Assembly: GCA_965261595.1 (NCBI GenBank)
Contig: CBDHDG010000004.1
Location: 288,001 to 352,000 of the forward strand
Direction: 5' to 3'
DNA length: 64,000 nucleotides
Origin: a bacterium
GTDB lineage: Bacteria > UBA8248 > JACPRG01 > G963555815
The position numbers and the translations under genes were made by a program. Below the pieces are notes generated by a model that saw nothing but the letters and a program-made list of their open reading frames with translations, made no database searches and had not been told where the DNA came from. Position 1 is the first letter of the stretch; the number at the start of each line of letters is the position of its first letter. Shown here piece after piece: positions 49,642 to 61,055 of the stretch.

Positions 49642-50522
49642 AAGACGCCCGCCGGATCATGTCGAATGTCCGAAGAGCAGGCAGCGCCTCTTCCTGAATC
49701 ATCATGCCGATCTCGGCCCCGACCCCTCCGATTCGGGCGGCCTCGTGGAGGACGGCCGCGCGGTGGGTCTTCCTCACCGAGGTCAGAATGGTCTCCCGGT
49801 CGAGGGGGGCGACGGTCCTGAGATCGATCACCTCCACGTCCATCCCTTCCTCCGCCATCCGGTCCGCGGCCGAAAGGGCCAGGGGGACCATGGCCCCCAG
49901 CGCGACCAGCGTCAGATCGCTTCCCCGCCTCCGGACCTCCGCCTCTCCCAGTGGGACCGTGCAATCCCCCTCCGGAACGTCGCCCTGGACGGAATAGAGC
50001 CCCTTGTTTTCCAGGAAAAGGACCAGATTGTCTTCCCGAATGGCCGTCTTGAGGAGCCCTTTGGCGTCGGCGGGATTCGAGGGCATGACGACCCGGACGC
50101 CGGGGACGTGCAGGAACCAGGCTTCGAGGCTCTGGACGTGCGTCGCGCCGTTGGGGAACTGGCTCCCTAGGGCGCGCGGATGACGGCGGGGACCTTCACC
50201 TGCCCCCCCGACATGTAGCGGATCTTCGCCCCGAGGTTGACGATCTGGTCCATGGCCAGGGTGATGAAATCAAAGAATTGAAGCTCCGCCACGGGGCGGG
50301 TCCCGGCGATGGCGGCGCCGATGGCCGCGCCGACGTAGCTGGTCTCGGAGATGGGCGTGTCGATCACGCGGCCCGGTCCGAACTCGGCCAGCAGGCCCCG
50401 GGTCACCGTGAAGGACCCGTCGAAAATGGCGATGTCCTCCCCGAGACAAAAGACCAGGGGTCGCGTCGCATCTCTTCCCGCAGGGCCTCGTTCAGGGCTT
50501 CGGCGAACGTGATTCTACGCAA
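49622..50522 (-). pseudogene. ThDP 2-oxoacid/acetoin dehydrogenase E1 beta, two frameshifts and C-terminal loss
   Basis: ITFAEALNEALREEM, GEDI, DTPISE, RPVAELQFFDF, MPSNPADAKGLL, EVIDLRT found in different frames; DAPIxR segment absent. Confidence 0.85.
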
Positions 50523-50534
50523 AATCGAAATCCT

Positions 50535-51582
50535 TCAAGCAAATACGTCCGTCAACGCCTCTTCATCCGCCGGGGGCGGACTGGAAAGCGCGAACTCGGC
50601 CGCTTCTTCCACCTCTTTCTCCACCCGGTCCCGTATGGCCGCCTCTTGCCCTGCGCTCAACGACCCCGCGTCCTTCAACAACTTCCTGAGCCGGTCAATC
50701 GGGTCCCGCTTCAGCCAGGCCTCCTTTTCCTCGGCGCTGCGGTATCGCTCATGATCGGCGGTGTAGTGGCCCTTGTGACGATAGGTTTTGCACTCGATGA
50801 GCGTCGGGCCTCCCCTTCCCCCCCCTCCCCCTCCCCTCCCCCTCCCCCTTTCGGGCGCGCGCCACGGCGGATTGGACGGTTTCATAAACGGCGACCGCGT
50901 CGTTTCCGTAGATGACCACGCCGGGCATGTCGTAAGCGGACGCGCGGGCGCCGATGTCCTGGACGGAGGTCGAGACCCCGACGGCGACGGACATGGCGTA
51001 GAGGTTGTTCTCACAGATGAAGATCTCCGGCAGCCGCCAGAGGCTGGCCATGTTGAGACACTCGTGAAACGTCCCCTGGTTCGCGGCGTCGTCGCCGAAG
51101 AATACGACGGTCACCTGGTCCGTCCCCTTGACCTTCGCGGCGAGTCCCCCGCCCAGCCCCAGGGGCAGCCCGCCGCCGACCAGGCTGATGGTCCCCAGCA
51201 TCCCCACTATCGATGCTCTGGACGTGGAGGGTTCCGCCCTTGCCCTTGTTGTAGCCCGTCCCCTTGCCCAGGAGCTCGGCCAGAAGCCGCTTCATCGTCC
51301 CGCCCTTGGCCAGGACGTGGCCGTGCCCCCGGTGGGTGCTGACGATGTAATCATCCGGACGCAGGCAGGCGCACGCACCGGCGGCGACGGCCTCTTGACC
51401 GATGTAGGGATGCAGGTTGCCGGGGATTTGCCGGGCGGCGTGCATCTCGAGGGATTTCTCCTCGCACCGGCGGATCCGGAGCATCTGCTCGTAGATGCCC
51501 AGAAGGAGCGCGGCGCTTTCGAGGGAGGTCCACTTGCGGCTCTTGCCCGGCGCCTTCGTGGGGGCCGCCCAAACACTTGCAT
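50535..51582 (-). pseudogene. ThDP 2-oxoacid/acetoin dehydrogenase E1 alpha, frameshifted and with motif mutations
   Basis: GQEAVA, STHRGHGH, ENNLYA, LIECKTYRHKGH found in three frames; GDG motif reads GDD. Confidence 0.85.
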
Positions 51583-51940
51583 CCAGGGACCTCCTTTCTC
51601 TTGGCCCCTGGCACTCTACTCCCTACCCAAGGAGATGTCTCACATCTATCTGAACCTATACAGGGGACAACCCCGCCACAACCGAAGAGCGGCCATGGGC
51701 GGGTCTGTTACGATATCTCCGCGTTGCGGGCGCATCGATCGGCTTGAGCCGCTCCGCTCCGGCCGTCCGGCTGAATACATCGGGAAAAAGGCGATATGGA
51801 GTACAGGGACGAGATGGCTACGGGAAGGGCTATCGAAAACAGGCTTGAAGATTTTGAAGGTCAATAAAGGCAATGATCGCGATATTGCGAATTTCCATGA
51901 AACGCTTCAGGGCCGAGGTCTCATCCGGGCGCGACGGGTC

Positions 51941-53023
51941 TTACGCATCGGCCATGGCCGTATTTCTTCCGAGGGTCCTCAGAAATCGGAAATGGCCGGC
52001 GATGGCGGACCGCACTGTCGGGTAGCTGACGTAGGCAATTGAAAAGTCTCGACAGGTCTCTTTTACGATCTTGCTGATTTGCGGATAGTGCATATGACAG
52101 ATTTCCGGGAAGAGGTGGTGTTCAATTTGAAAATTCAACCCTCCCAGATACCAGGCGGCGAGCCTGTTTGACGGTGCGAAATTCGCCGTGGTTTCAACCT
52201 GATGAATGGCCCATTCGTTATCGATGCCGCCGGTGTCATGATCCGGGATGGGGAAGGTGTTCCCCTCCAGCGTATGCGCCAGTTGAAAGGTGACGGCGAA
52301 CGTCAGTCCCACCACCAAGTGAATCACCACAAATGCGATGAGCACGTGCAGAACCGGGTGAAAAAGAAGCGGTATCCCGATCATATAGACGAAGTAGAAG
52401 AACTTCGCCAGGAAAAACACCGCGCCTTCCGAGGCGGACATCTTGCGCAGTCGATAGGACCCGATGCGCCCGGAAAAGAATTTTTTGAAATCGCTATAAG
52501 TCACCCACGAGAGCGTCAGCAGGCTATAGACCGGAAAGGCATATAAGTGTTGAAACCGATGCCAAGGCCGCAGCTTCTGGTCGGGACTCATGCGGAGCAA
52601 GCCGGCGGATTTCAGGTCGTCGTCCAGCTCGTCGATGTTGGTGTACGTGTGATGCAGGATGTTGTGTTTCTGCCGCCACAGCATGTGGCTCCCCCCGATC
52701 AAATCCATTGTGAAACCCATCAGCCGATTGAGCCATTTGCTTTTTGAATAACTCCCGTGGTTGCTGTCGTGCATGATATTGAAACCCACGAGCACAACGA
52801 TCTGGGAGATGACAAACGCGGTGATGACGGCCATCAGGAGGGACGCGGAGAAAAATACCAACAGCACGTAGGAGATCGCCAGCGCAGCCAGAATGATCGC
52901 TGTCTTGAGAAGCATGCGCCAATTTCCGGTCTTGGAAAGGCCGCGTTCCGCAAAATACCGCTCCACACGTCCTTTCAGGGTCTTGTTGAACTCGCCGCGG
53001 ACAGGGAAGGATACCTTTCTCAT
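51941..53023 (-). CDS. Membrane fatty acid (acyl-CoA) desaturase
   Basis: Histidine boxes HDSNH, HNILHH, QIEHHLFP; start taken at ATG 53023. Confidence 0.92.
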   Translation of the reverse strand: MRKVSFPVRGEFNKTLKGRVERYFAERGLSKTGNWRMLLKTAIILAALAISYVLLVFFSASLLMAVITAFVISQIVVLVGFNIMHDSNHGSYSKSKWLNRLMGFTMDLIGGSHMLWRQKHNILHHTYTNIDELDDDLKSAGLLRMSPDQKLRPWHRFQHLYAFPVYSLLTLSWVTYSDFKKFFSGRIGSYRLRKMSASEGAVFFLAKFFYFVYMIGIPLLFHPVLHVLIAFVVIHLVVGLTFAVTFQLAHTLEGNTFPIPDHDTGGIDNEWAIHQVETTANFAPSNRLAAWYLGGLNFQIEHHLFPEICHMHYPQISKIVKETCRDFSIAYVSYPTVRSAIAGHFRFLRTLGRNTAMADA

Positions 53024-53196
53024 GGTCAAGTTTTCCCCTTGCACGCGGAACGTTTCCACAAAGCCGCGCGGGTCATGGGCATCGGTTTGAGCGCCGAGCG
53101 CCGCACTCCGGTCTGGTCACCCTTACATCGTGTGTCGCATGGCCGCCGCGCGGTTTGTGAGGGCGATGTCCGGCGCGGCTCATCCCGGACAAACGC

Positions 53197-54450
53197 CTAT
53201 TGCGCCAGTCCCGCCGTCCGGCGCGTGCGAGCGCCTCGAAATCGCCGGCGGCGGCTCGAGGCGGACGGAGCGGACGGAGTGGTCACCGCGGTCGGCGCCG
53301 GCTTCGGGCCGCTTCCGAGCCTCGGGCTGTCCACCACAGAGATCGGGCGCTTCGTCAGCCTCTCGATGTTGCGAATATGGGCCCGCTCGGCCGGGTCGCA
53401 GAAGGAGAGCGCAATGCCCTCAACACCTGCACGCGCCGTCCGGCCCACCCGGTGGACGTAGCTCTCCGGGACGTTCGGCACCTCGTAGTTGATGACGTGC
53501 GTCACATTGGCGACATCGATCCCCCGCGCGGCGACGTCGGTCGCGACGAGGACCCGCGCGTGGCCCGTTCGAAATCTCAGGAGGGCGCGCTGGCGGGCGC
53601 CCTGGGACTTGTTGCCATGGAGCGCTTCGGCCGAAACGCCCGTCTTGCTGAGCTGCTCGGCGACCCGGTTGGCCCCGCGCTTCGTGCGCGTAAAGACGAT
53701 GACCCGGGCCAGTTCCGGGTCCATCAGCAACTTGGCCAGAAGGGCGCGCTTCTTCGTGTGGTCCACGTAGAAGACACGTTGGTCGACCTGATCGACCGTG
53801 ACGGCTTCCGGAGACGCATTGACGCGGACGGGTTTGCGGAGGATTTCTGCGGCCAGCCGCGAAACCTCCGGGGGCATCGTCGCCGAAAAGAGCATCGACT
53901 GGCGCCGCTCCGGCAGGGCCGCGATGATCTTCCGCACGTCCGGGATGAAACCCATGTCCAGCATGCGATCGGCTTCGTCCAGGACGAGAAAGGACGCCTT
54001 TTCCAGCCGGACATGGCCCTGATGGACGAGATCGAGCAGGCGCCCCGGGGTGGCGACCAGAATATCAACGCCGCGGGCCAGCGCGTTGACCTGAGGCTGC
54101 TGGCCGACGCCTCCCAAGATGACGGTGTGGCGAAGCGGGAGATGCCGCCCATAGGTCTTGAGGCTGTCCCCGATCTGGAGCGCGAGCTCGCGCGTCGGCG
54201 CCAGGATGAGGGCGTGCGGCGAGCGCGGACGGGCGCGCCCGCCCTTCTCGGAGAGCTGTTGCAGGATAGGCAGCGCGAAGGCCGCGGTCTTGCCGGTGCC
54301 GGTCTGGGCGATGCCGATCACGTCTTTCTCGGCGAGGAGCAGCGGGATGGTGCGCGCCTGAATCGGCGTGGGCTCGATGTAGCGCTCGTCATGCAGGGCG
54401 CGCCGAAGCGGCTCGGCCAGGCCGAGATCGGAAAAAGAAGGGTTTGTCAC
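53197..54450 (-). CDS. rhlE: DEAD-box RNA helicase (RhlE-like)
   Basis: [57 protein letters not shown] start at 54450. Confidence 0.88.
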   Translation of the reverse strand: MTNPSFSDLGLAEPLRRALHDERYIEPTPIQARTIPLLLAEKDVIGIAQTGTGKTAAFALPILQQLSEKGGRARPRSPHALILAPTRELALQIGDSLKTYGRHLPLRHTVILGGVGQQPQVNALARGVDILVATPGRLLDLVHQGHVRLEKASFLVLDEADRMLDMGFIPDVRKIIAALPERRQSMLFSATMPPEVSRLAAEILRKPVRVNASPEAVTVDQVDQRVFYVDHTKKRALLAKLLMDPELARVIVFTRTKRGANRVAEQLSKTGVSAEALHGNKSQGARQRALLRFRTGHARVLVATDVAARGIDVANVTHVINYEVPNVPESYVHRVGRTARAGVEGIALSFCDPAERAHIRNIERLTKRPISVVDSPRLGSGPKPAPTAVTTPSAPSASSRRRRFRGARTRRTAGLAQ

Positions 54451-54857
54451 GAAAATGGGTGTCCTTTTGCGCCAGGCGGCGCTCACCCGATGAGGGCGCG
54501 CGGACGCGTCTTGGCGTTTCGCCTCTTTCCACGCGCATTCTGGAGAAGACGGGGTTTTCTGGGAATTGTCTCGGGATGAGTGCATTTCCGATTGGCTGGG
54601 AGCACATCGCGCGATCGCGAGAAATATTTTTCCATATATGCGCTCCCGTTTCACGGATGTCAAACTTTGCGTGACCCTCTCCCCTGAACCCGCGTCCACA
54701 CTCGGCAAAAACCCGATACGCCCCTGGAACGTCGCCCATACGACAACCCGTGAAATCTTGAATCCCACCGAGTCGTGATCCGGATCATTCAAAACCCGAC
54801 CCACTGTCCACGACTTGAGTTCAAACCATGGTCCGGACCCGACCCCACTATAAAACC

Positions 54858-56445
54858 CTACCAGTCCTCATAAAATCCGTAGCCTTCGAGGAACTTCGGC
54901 TTCGGCCACCAGCGCTTGAGCTTCAGGTCCTCGGCGATGACGTTGACGGCGTTATACCCCGGGGCGAAGGTGATGGATCCGCCGGGATGACAGCACGAGC
55001 CCGTCATGTAGAGGCCCTCGATGGGCGTCCGGTAGGGCTGACGACCGATGCCGACCTGTCCGCCCGAGTAGGTGCCCATATGGTCATCGCCCCGCACCAT
55101 GTTGATGATCGCCCGGGCGTTATCCAGAGGCGTATAGCTGTAACGGTGGACAACGTTTTCCCTCGTCATGTTCGGGGCGTACTCGGCCCAGCGGTCCAGA
55201 ATCCGGTCGAAGTAGGACTCCTTGATCTCATTCCAGTATTCCGGATCGCGGCCATCGACCTCATACGGAACGAACTGCCAGAATCCGGCGGTGTGAAAGC
55301 CGCCCGGCCCCTGGCTGCGGTCGAAGAGCGTGGGCACCCAGGCCTCGCCGCCCGGCTTCGAAGGGACCCGGCCCGCTTCGATCTCGCGGAAATGCTCCAA
55401 CATCTCCTCGGGGACGTCGTAGCCCAAGGTCTGGTGGAAGCACTCGTTCATGTCGGGATATTTCTCCGCCACCTTGTAGCGCGGCGGCTCCCGCAGGACC
55501 ATGTGGGCGCCGAAGAGCGCGGACTCGTTCATCCGCCAACCCTTGACCCGCTCCACTTCCTCTTTGGGCAGATGCTCCTCGCCGACCATCTGCAGGAACG
55601 TCCGGCCCGGGTCGACGTTGCTGACGACGGCCTTCCTCGCCCGGTATTCCGCGCCGTCCTCCAGCCGCACGCCCACGGCGCGGCCCTGTTCGACCAGGAT
55701 CCGCTCCACGGAGGACTGCTGGCGGATCTGTCCCCCGTACGCCGTCAAGAAGTTCAGAAGGGCCTTTGCGATCATGTTGCTGCCGCCCCGGGCCAAGCCG
55801 TAGCGGCCCAGGCGCAGCAACATGCGCAGGGTGCCGAAGCCGGTGGCCGGCAGGGCCTCGCGCATGCGCACCGCGCTGGTGCTGAAGAAAAGGCGTCCGG
55901 ACGGTGTCGTCCTCGAAGAGCGTCTCGGTCACTTCGGTCGGGCTCATTTGGGCCAGGTCGAAGAACTCCGTCCCCAGCGCGCCGAACCGCCGCTCCAGGC
56001 GGTCCCGCCACTCCGCCGTCGGCAAGGGCGGGGCGTAGTGGTAGGCCCGCATCACCTCGTAATAGCGCTCCATCTCTACGAGCGTCCGGGCGTCTTTTTC
56101 CGAAAACTTGGAGAGGGAGCGGTAGGTGTCCTCGCGGTCCGAGTAGATCAGAAGGCAGCGGCCGTCCCGGAGCGGGATGCCGAAGTTCTTGTGGGGCACG
56201 ATGTAGGATGCGCCGTACTTGTCGAGCTCGAAGTCCTGGTAGGCGGGCGTCTCGGGACCGAAGATGTGGAAGACGGAGTGCAGGTTGAAGTAGTAGCCGG
56301 GGAAGATTTGCTCGGTCGAGAGACCGCCTCCTTCCTCCAGGCGACGCTCCAGAACCAGGACCGACTGGCCGGCCTTGGAGAGGTAGTTGGCGACTGTCAG
56401 TCCATTGTTACCCGAACCGATGACGATGACGTCGAACGTTTCCAT
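54858..56445 (-). pseudogene. Phytoene-dehydrogenase-family NAD(P)/FAD oxidoreductase, frameshift near 55892 (possible error)
   Basis: IGSGNNGL...LERR..GG, ARGGSNMIAKAL, YTPLD, YRTPIEGLYMTGSCCHPGG; two frames join at cggacgccttttcttc. Confidence 0.82.
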
Positions 56446-56600
56446 GGGTGTCCTTTGCATTCGTCGGCGCCGGCCGCGTCCAAGCCGGTGCCCGGAAATC
56501 CCGCCGGCTTTTTCAAGCCCCGCTCATCCGGCGAGGTCCGCATCGATCAGCCGCTCGATTCGACCCTCGGCAAGTGTTTCAACCGATTCCAAGAGGGCAT

Positions 56601-57383
56601 TCAAGATTCGGCGCTTGCCCCCGCTTGCTCCCTGGCGGAAAAGATCAGCCCCTTGATCTCGGTTACGTGATCCCGGAATTGGGGCGAGAACTCCATCTCC
56701 GCGTCTCGCGGACGGGGGAGCCCGACATCGATGACCTTGGCGATTCGTCCGGGGCGCGGCGTGAACACCACCACCCGGTCCGCCAAAAGGACGGCCTCGG
56801 GGATGCTGTGGGTGACGAAGAGGATGGTCTTCTTCCGCTCCTGCCAGATGCGGAGGAGCTCGAACCCCATGTCCTCCCGTGTCATGGCGTCCAGAGCGCC
56901 GAAGGGCTCGTCCATGAGCATGAGGAGGGGGTCGTAAATCAGCGCGCGGCAGATGGAAACCCGCTGTTGCATGCCGCCGGACAGTTGCCGCGGCTTGTGC
57001 TTGTCGAACCCCCTCAGGCCGGTCAGCTCGATCAGGTCTTCCGCCACCCGCCGGTAATCCTTGTCGACGAGCTTCAAGATCTCGACCGGGTAGAGGATGT
57101 TCTCCATCACTGTCCGCCACGGCATCAGGATCGGCGCCTGAAAGACCATCCCGACATCGCGGTAGGGGCCGGTGACCTTTTCCTCCCGGATGAAGATCTC
57201 CCCCGTGCTCAGTGGCAAAAGACCGACCAGCAGCTTCAACAGCGTGCTCTTGCCGCAGCCGCTGGGACCGACAATGGTGACGAACTCCTTCTCTCCGACC
57301 TCCAGGTTGATATCCTGAAGGGCCGTCACGGGCTCGCTGTCCTTCACCTCGAAGGTCTTGCCTACGTCCCGGATGCAAATCAC
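56601..57383 (-). CDS. NitT/TauT-family ABC ATP-binding protein
   Basis: GPSGCGKST, LSGGMQQR, LMDEPFGALD, VTHS. Confidence 0.92.
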   Translation of the reverse strand: MICIRDVGKTFEVKDSEPVTALQDINLEVGEKEFVTIVGPSGCGKSTLLKLLVGLLPLSTGEIFIREEKVTGPYRDVGMVFQAPILMPWRTVMENILYPVEILKLVDKDYRRVAEDLIELTGLRGFDKHKPRQLSGGMQQRVSICRALIYDPLLMLMDEPFGALDAMTREDMGFELLRIWQERKKTILFVTHSIPEAVLLADRVVVFTPRPGRIAKVIDVGLPRPRDAEMEFSPQFRDHVTEIKGLIFSAREQAGASAES

Positions 57384-57405
57384 GCCGACACCCCCGGTTT
57401 CAATC

Positions 57406-58185
57406 TCAAAGCTGCGGCCCCGCCTCTTCTTCCAGGTACCAGGGGGACAGAAGACGCTCGATCCCGGCGACGAGGCCGAAAAGGCCCACACCCATGATGG
57501 AGAGGATCACAATGGCGCCGAACCCCAGGGAGGTGTTCATCCGGGCGCTGGCCGTGAGGATCAAAAATCCCAGGCCCGAGTCCGACCCGACGAATTCCCC
57601 GATGACCGCGCCGATGACCGAGAAGGCGATGGCGATCTTCACCCCCGCGAAGAAGTGGGGCATGGCCATGGGAAACCGGACCTTGACCAGGACTTGCCAC
57701 CAACTGGCGCGCAGGATGCGGGACATCTCCAGCATTTCGGGGGGAATCAGCGTCAGGCCCGTCGTCATGTTCACCACCATCGGGAAAAAGGCCACCAGGA
57801 AAGCGACCGTGATGATCGGCCAGACGTTGATGCCGAGCCACACCAGGAGGATCGGGGCGAGCGCCACCTTGGGGACCGATTGGGTCACCACAAGCAGGGG
57901 ATAAATGGTGTTCTTGAGAAAGGTCGATGAGATGATGGCGACAGCCAGAAAGACCCCCAGGACGACCGCCGCAACAAAGCCCAGGGCCGTCTCATAAAAA
58001 GTCACCCAGATGTGCTTGGGCAGAACGGCCCACCACTCCCCCAGTTCCCCGTAAATCTTTGAGGGGGCGGGCAACAGCCAAATCGGCAGGGCAAAGATCC
58101 GGACAGCCAGTTCCCAGATCACGAAAATCGCCAACAGCGTCAGCGTCGGCCCGAGATACTTCTGGGCGAAACTCCGCATCTTCAA
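57406..58185 (-). CDS. NitT/TauT-family ABC permease
   Basis: LPAPS, QSVPKVALAP, VIGAVIGEFVGSDSGLG. Confidence 0.92.
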   Translation of the reverse strand: MKMRSFAQKYLGPTLTLLAIFVIWELAVRIFALPIWLLPAPSKIYGELGEWWAVLPKHIWVTFYETALGFVAAVVLGVFLAVAIISSTFLKNTIYPLLVVTQSVPKVALAPILLVWLGINVWPIITVAFLVAFFPMVVNMTTGLTLIPPEMLEMSRILRASWWQVLVKVRFPMAMPHFFAGVKIAIAFSVIGAVIGEFVGSDSGLGFLILTASARMNTSLGFGAIVILSIMGVGLFGLVAGIERLLSPWYLEEEAGPQL

Positions 58186-58246
58186 TTTGGAAACCCCGCC
58201 CCCCGCACCGATCCCCCGAATCCGGGTCGACCGAATGCCAAGAATC

Positions 58247-58272
58247 GGGGCGGGCCGGAAACGGCCCGCCCC
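58247..58272. repeat. 11-bp perfect hairpin between binding-protein and permease genes
   Basis: ggggcgggccg-gaaa-cggcccgcccc. Confidence 0.8.
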
Positions 58273-58292
58273 CTCATGCCTTCAACCGCGGA

Positions 58293-59306
58293 TCAATTCG
58301 GAATCATGATTCCCGGATTGAACGCGTTCGTGTAAACGTCCTTCGGCTTGACCGGCGCCGTGAGGTTCAAGTATTTCCGCATGGTCTGAATGGTCTGGGC
58401 AACCTTTTCGCGGCTCATATAGCCCATGCCATTCTTAAGGGCCTCGGGGGAGGACATCATATCTTTCACCAGGGCCCACTCTCCAAGACCCGCGCCGCGG
58501 TCCACCTGGGGGTTCAGTTTCCGGTGGATATCGATGGCTTCTTCGGGGTGTTTGAAGGCGTACTCCATTCCCTGGAAGGTCGCCTTGAGGAAGCGCCGGA
58601 CCTGGTCCGGTTTGCCGGTGATGGTCTTATCGGACGCCAACAGGCTGTTGGAATAGAACTTCATCCCGCCGTCGGAATACAGGAAGTACTTGACTTTCAG
58701 CCCCTTGGTCGCCCCGAGCTTGTTGAGGAGAACGGTGTTGAAGATGTACTCCGTCATCGCATCCACCCGCTTGCTCAGAAGCAACTGGTTGAGGGTGTCG
58801 CCCTTCACCAGCTTTTTCTTGACCTTCCCCGCAATCCCGGCCGCTTTTTCGAAACCGAGGAACATTTTCGTCGTCGAGGCCCCCGCCGCCTGGGCCAGTG
58901 TTTTGCCGGCGAGGTCAGCGGGCTTGTTGATGCCTCTGCCCGCAAGATAATGAACGGCGTGGGGCGTCTTGGCGTAGACCACCCCGATGGCCTTGACGGG
59001 CACCTTGTCATTGCCCCGGGCGAGGACCAGCGCGCCCATGTCGGCGAGGGTATAGTCCGATCGGCCCTGGGCTATGAGGGCGACCGCCTTGACGGAGCCG
59101 AAACCTCGCTTGACGATGGCGTCGATCCCGTTCTGCTTGTAGAACCCCTTGCCGAGAGCCGTATAATATCCCGTGTGCCTGCCGAAAACGACCCAGTCCA
59201 GGTTGAACCGCACCTTCTCCGCCGACAGGCCTTCCGTGCTCAGACCCAGAAGGAGGAGCAAGGCAATCCCCCCCCAAAACCCCGAAAGAAGTCTGCTCCG
59301 CTTCAT
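58293..59306 (-). CDS. NMT1/THI5-like ABC substrate-binding protein
   Basis: Signal peptide, LDWVVFGRH, ALGKGFYKQNGID, RGFGS, PKDVYTNAF; GGAGG RBS. Confidence 0.88.
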   Translation of the reverse strand: MKRSRLLSGFWGGIALLLLLGLSTEGLSAEKVRFNLDWVVFGRHTGYYTALGKGFYKQNGIDAIVKRGFGSVKAVALIAQGRSDYTLADMGALVLARGNDKVPVKAIGVVYAKTPHAVHYLAGRGINKPADLAGKTLAQAAGASTTKMFLGFEKAAGIAGKVKKKLVKGDTLNQLLLSKRVDAMTEYIFNTVLLNKLGATKGLKVKYFLYSDGGMKFYSNSLLASDKTITGKPDQVRRFLKATFQGMEYAFKHPEEAIDIHRKLNPQVDRGAGLGEWALVKDMMSSPEALKNGMGYMSREKVAQTIQTMRKYLNLTAPVKPKDVYTNAFNPGIMIPN

Positions 59307-59989
59307 CACGCGCTTCCTCCATAACTGAAATCCAACATGGCGACTTGTTCGGCGCCGCGATTTGCGACCCCGCAAACAAGACGCCCCCACCCCCCCATCT
59401 CACGTCCGACGGCTCTCTTGAGCTCGGGACCGGGCCGGGCGGATCGCCCTGGAAACTGAAACCCGATTTTCCGCAACCCCGCGCTCTCGTCCCCACACGC
59501 ATCCTCCCGCATCTCCCCCCGAAATTTTCCATTTCAACTTCGGACAGACCCATACCGACCACTCGTTGCTATTTAGCCCGATTAGACCCCTTTCTGCCGG
59601 ACCTGTCAATCCCATCGCGGGCTCCTGGAACCCGAATTCAACCGGAGTCCGTCATGGGAAAACCATGCCGCGCCGGCGTGTCAACGAGCTTGACCACCAG
59701 GGTTTGGAGCGTTCGTCCCGCCCAATTTCGCGATTGAAATGATTACAGAATCCCAAGGCTCCGGCAAGATGATCTTCATCACCACGCACCGCCTGGGAGA
59801 AATGGACGAAGAAATCGGCAAGAACTATAATTCGTCACGCATCACGTGGAAACACTCCGCGACGCCGGGTTTATCATCAACCTGAAAGTCAGGCGCGAAT
59901 AATCCCGAGAGGACGAGAATGCCGCTGAAAACGGATGAAAAACGATTTCTTAGGGGGACCCTCATCAAGACGGACGGTCCCCTATCCGG

Positions 59990-60916
59990 GTGAAAATGAC
60001 TGAATCGATCCGCCCTACATTCCCCGAGTCGCCGTTTTCCGTCCAGGCGCTCAATGGCAGGACGCTTGTCGCCGCCGAGCCGGGAGGCGGCTCGAACGCC
60101 GGGATCTTCCTCGGCGAAAAAGGGCCGGTCATCATCGATTCCTTGCTCTCGCCGCCTTTGGGCGAGGCCCTCCGGCAATCGGTCTCAGGACTGACCCCGC
60201 TCCCGCCGCGCGCCCTGCCCTACACCCATCACCACGGCGACCGCACGTTCGGCGCCCAGGCGTTCGAATGCCCGGTCATCGCGCACGAAGGGGCCGCCGA
60301 CGCCATGCGGTCCCGGGCCTCCGGCTTGAGCCGCTCTCGGCTTTTGGATCTCTTTTACGGCGAGCACTTCGCCCGGGCCATCGGGGCGGGCCGGCCCGAC
60401 ACCGCCGCCCTCGAAAGCCGCTTCAACCGCCTGGACCTGACCCGCCTTGTGGTGACGCTGCCTACGCTCACGTTCTCCGATCGTATGGCGCTGCATGATC
60501 CCGCGGGCGTTATCCAGCTTATCTCCCTGGGGCGCGCCCATTCCGCCGGGGACGCGGCCGTTTTCCTGCCCGAGGATGGAATCCTCTTCACCGGCGATCT
60601 GGCCTTCAACGGGCGGATGCCCTTCATGGCGGAGCCGATCGGACCGGCGGTTTTCAAGGCCCTGGACCGGATGGAGGGGCTGCGTCCGAAAATTGTCGTT
60701 CCGGGTCACGGCCCGCCGGGGGGGCCGGAGATCCTTCGATCGATGCGGGAGTTCTTCGGCGATCTCCGGGACGCGGTCGAAACCCTCCGGGCGCAAGGCA
60801 AATCGCTGGATGAGGTCAAGGCCGAGATCGTCCTGCCCCAATACGCCGATTGGCCCCGGTACGACAGGGCGCTCCCCCTCAACGCCGAGATGGCCTACCT
60901 GGGGCTGGATTCCTGA
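59990..60916 (+). CDS. Metallo-beta-lactamase-fold hydrolase
   Basis: SNAG, IIDS, THHHGDR, AHSAGD, FTGDL, VPGHG. Confidence 0.88.
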   Translation: MKMTESIRPTFPESPFSVQALNGRTLVAAEPGGGSNAGIFLGEKGPVIIDSLLSPPLGEALRQSVSGLTPLPPRALPYTHHHGDRTFGAQAFECPVIAHEGAADAMRSRASGLSRSRLLDLFYGEHFARAIGAGRPDTAALESRFNRLDLTRLVVTLPTLTFSDRMALHDPAGVIQLISLGRAHSAGDAAVFLPEDGILFTGDLAFNGRMPFMAEPIGPAVFKALDRMEGLRPKIVVPGHGPPGGPEILRSMREFFGDLRDAVETLRAQGKSLDEVKAEIVLPQYADWPRYDRALPLNAEMAYLGLDS

Positions 60917-61055
60917 ACCCGGGGTCCGGTGGAAAGGGACATGAGAAAACCGGGTGGTTCCGCCCGCCCGATTTTGGTCCTACAATGTCATTCTGATTTC
61001 GTCACCCGAATCCTGAATCCAACGCAATGCCGCAATTCGAAGAAGGGAATGCGCC

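Noticed and set aside
50167..50169. TAG inside the E1 beta gene as pyrrolysine or read-through
   Set aside because: The downstream sequence is in another frame; one added C (CCC CTA GGG) removes both the stop and the shift
54455..56456. Shared 13-mer AAAGGACACCCAT upstream of the helicase and the oxidoreductase
   Set aside because: Short, includes the ribosome-binding site, and is compatible with chance
59340..59989. TPP riboswitch upstream of the THI5-like binding protein, and a short ORF fragment near 59740-59900
   Set aside because: No CUGAGA or CCUGA core motifs in the right arrangement; the fragment has no recognisable family
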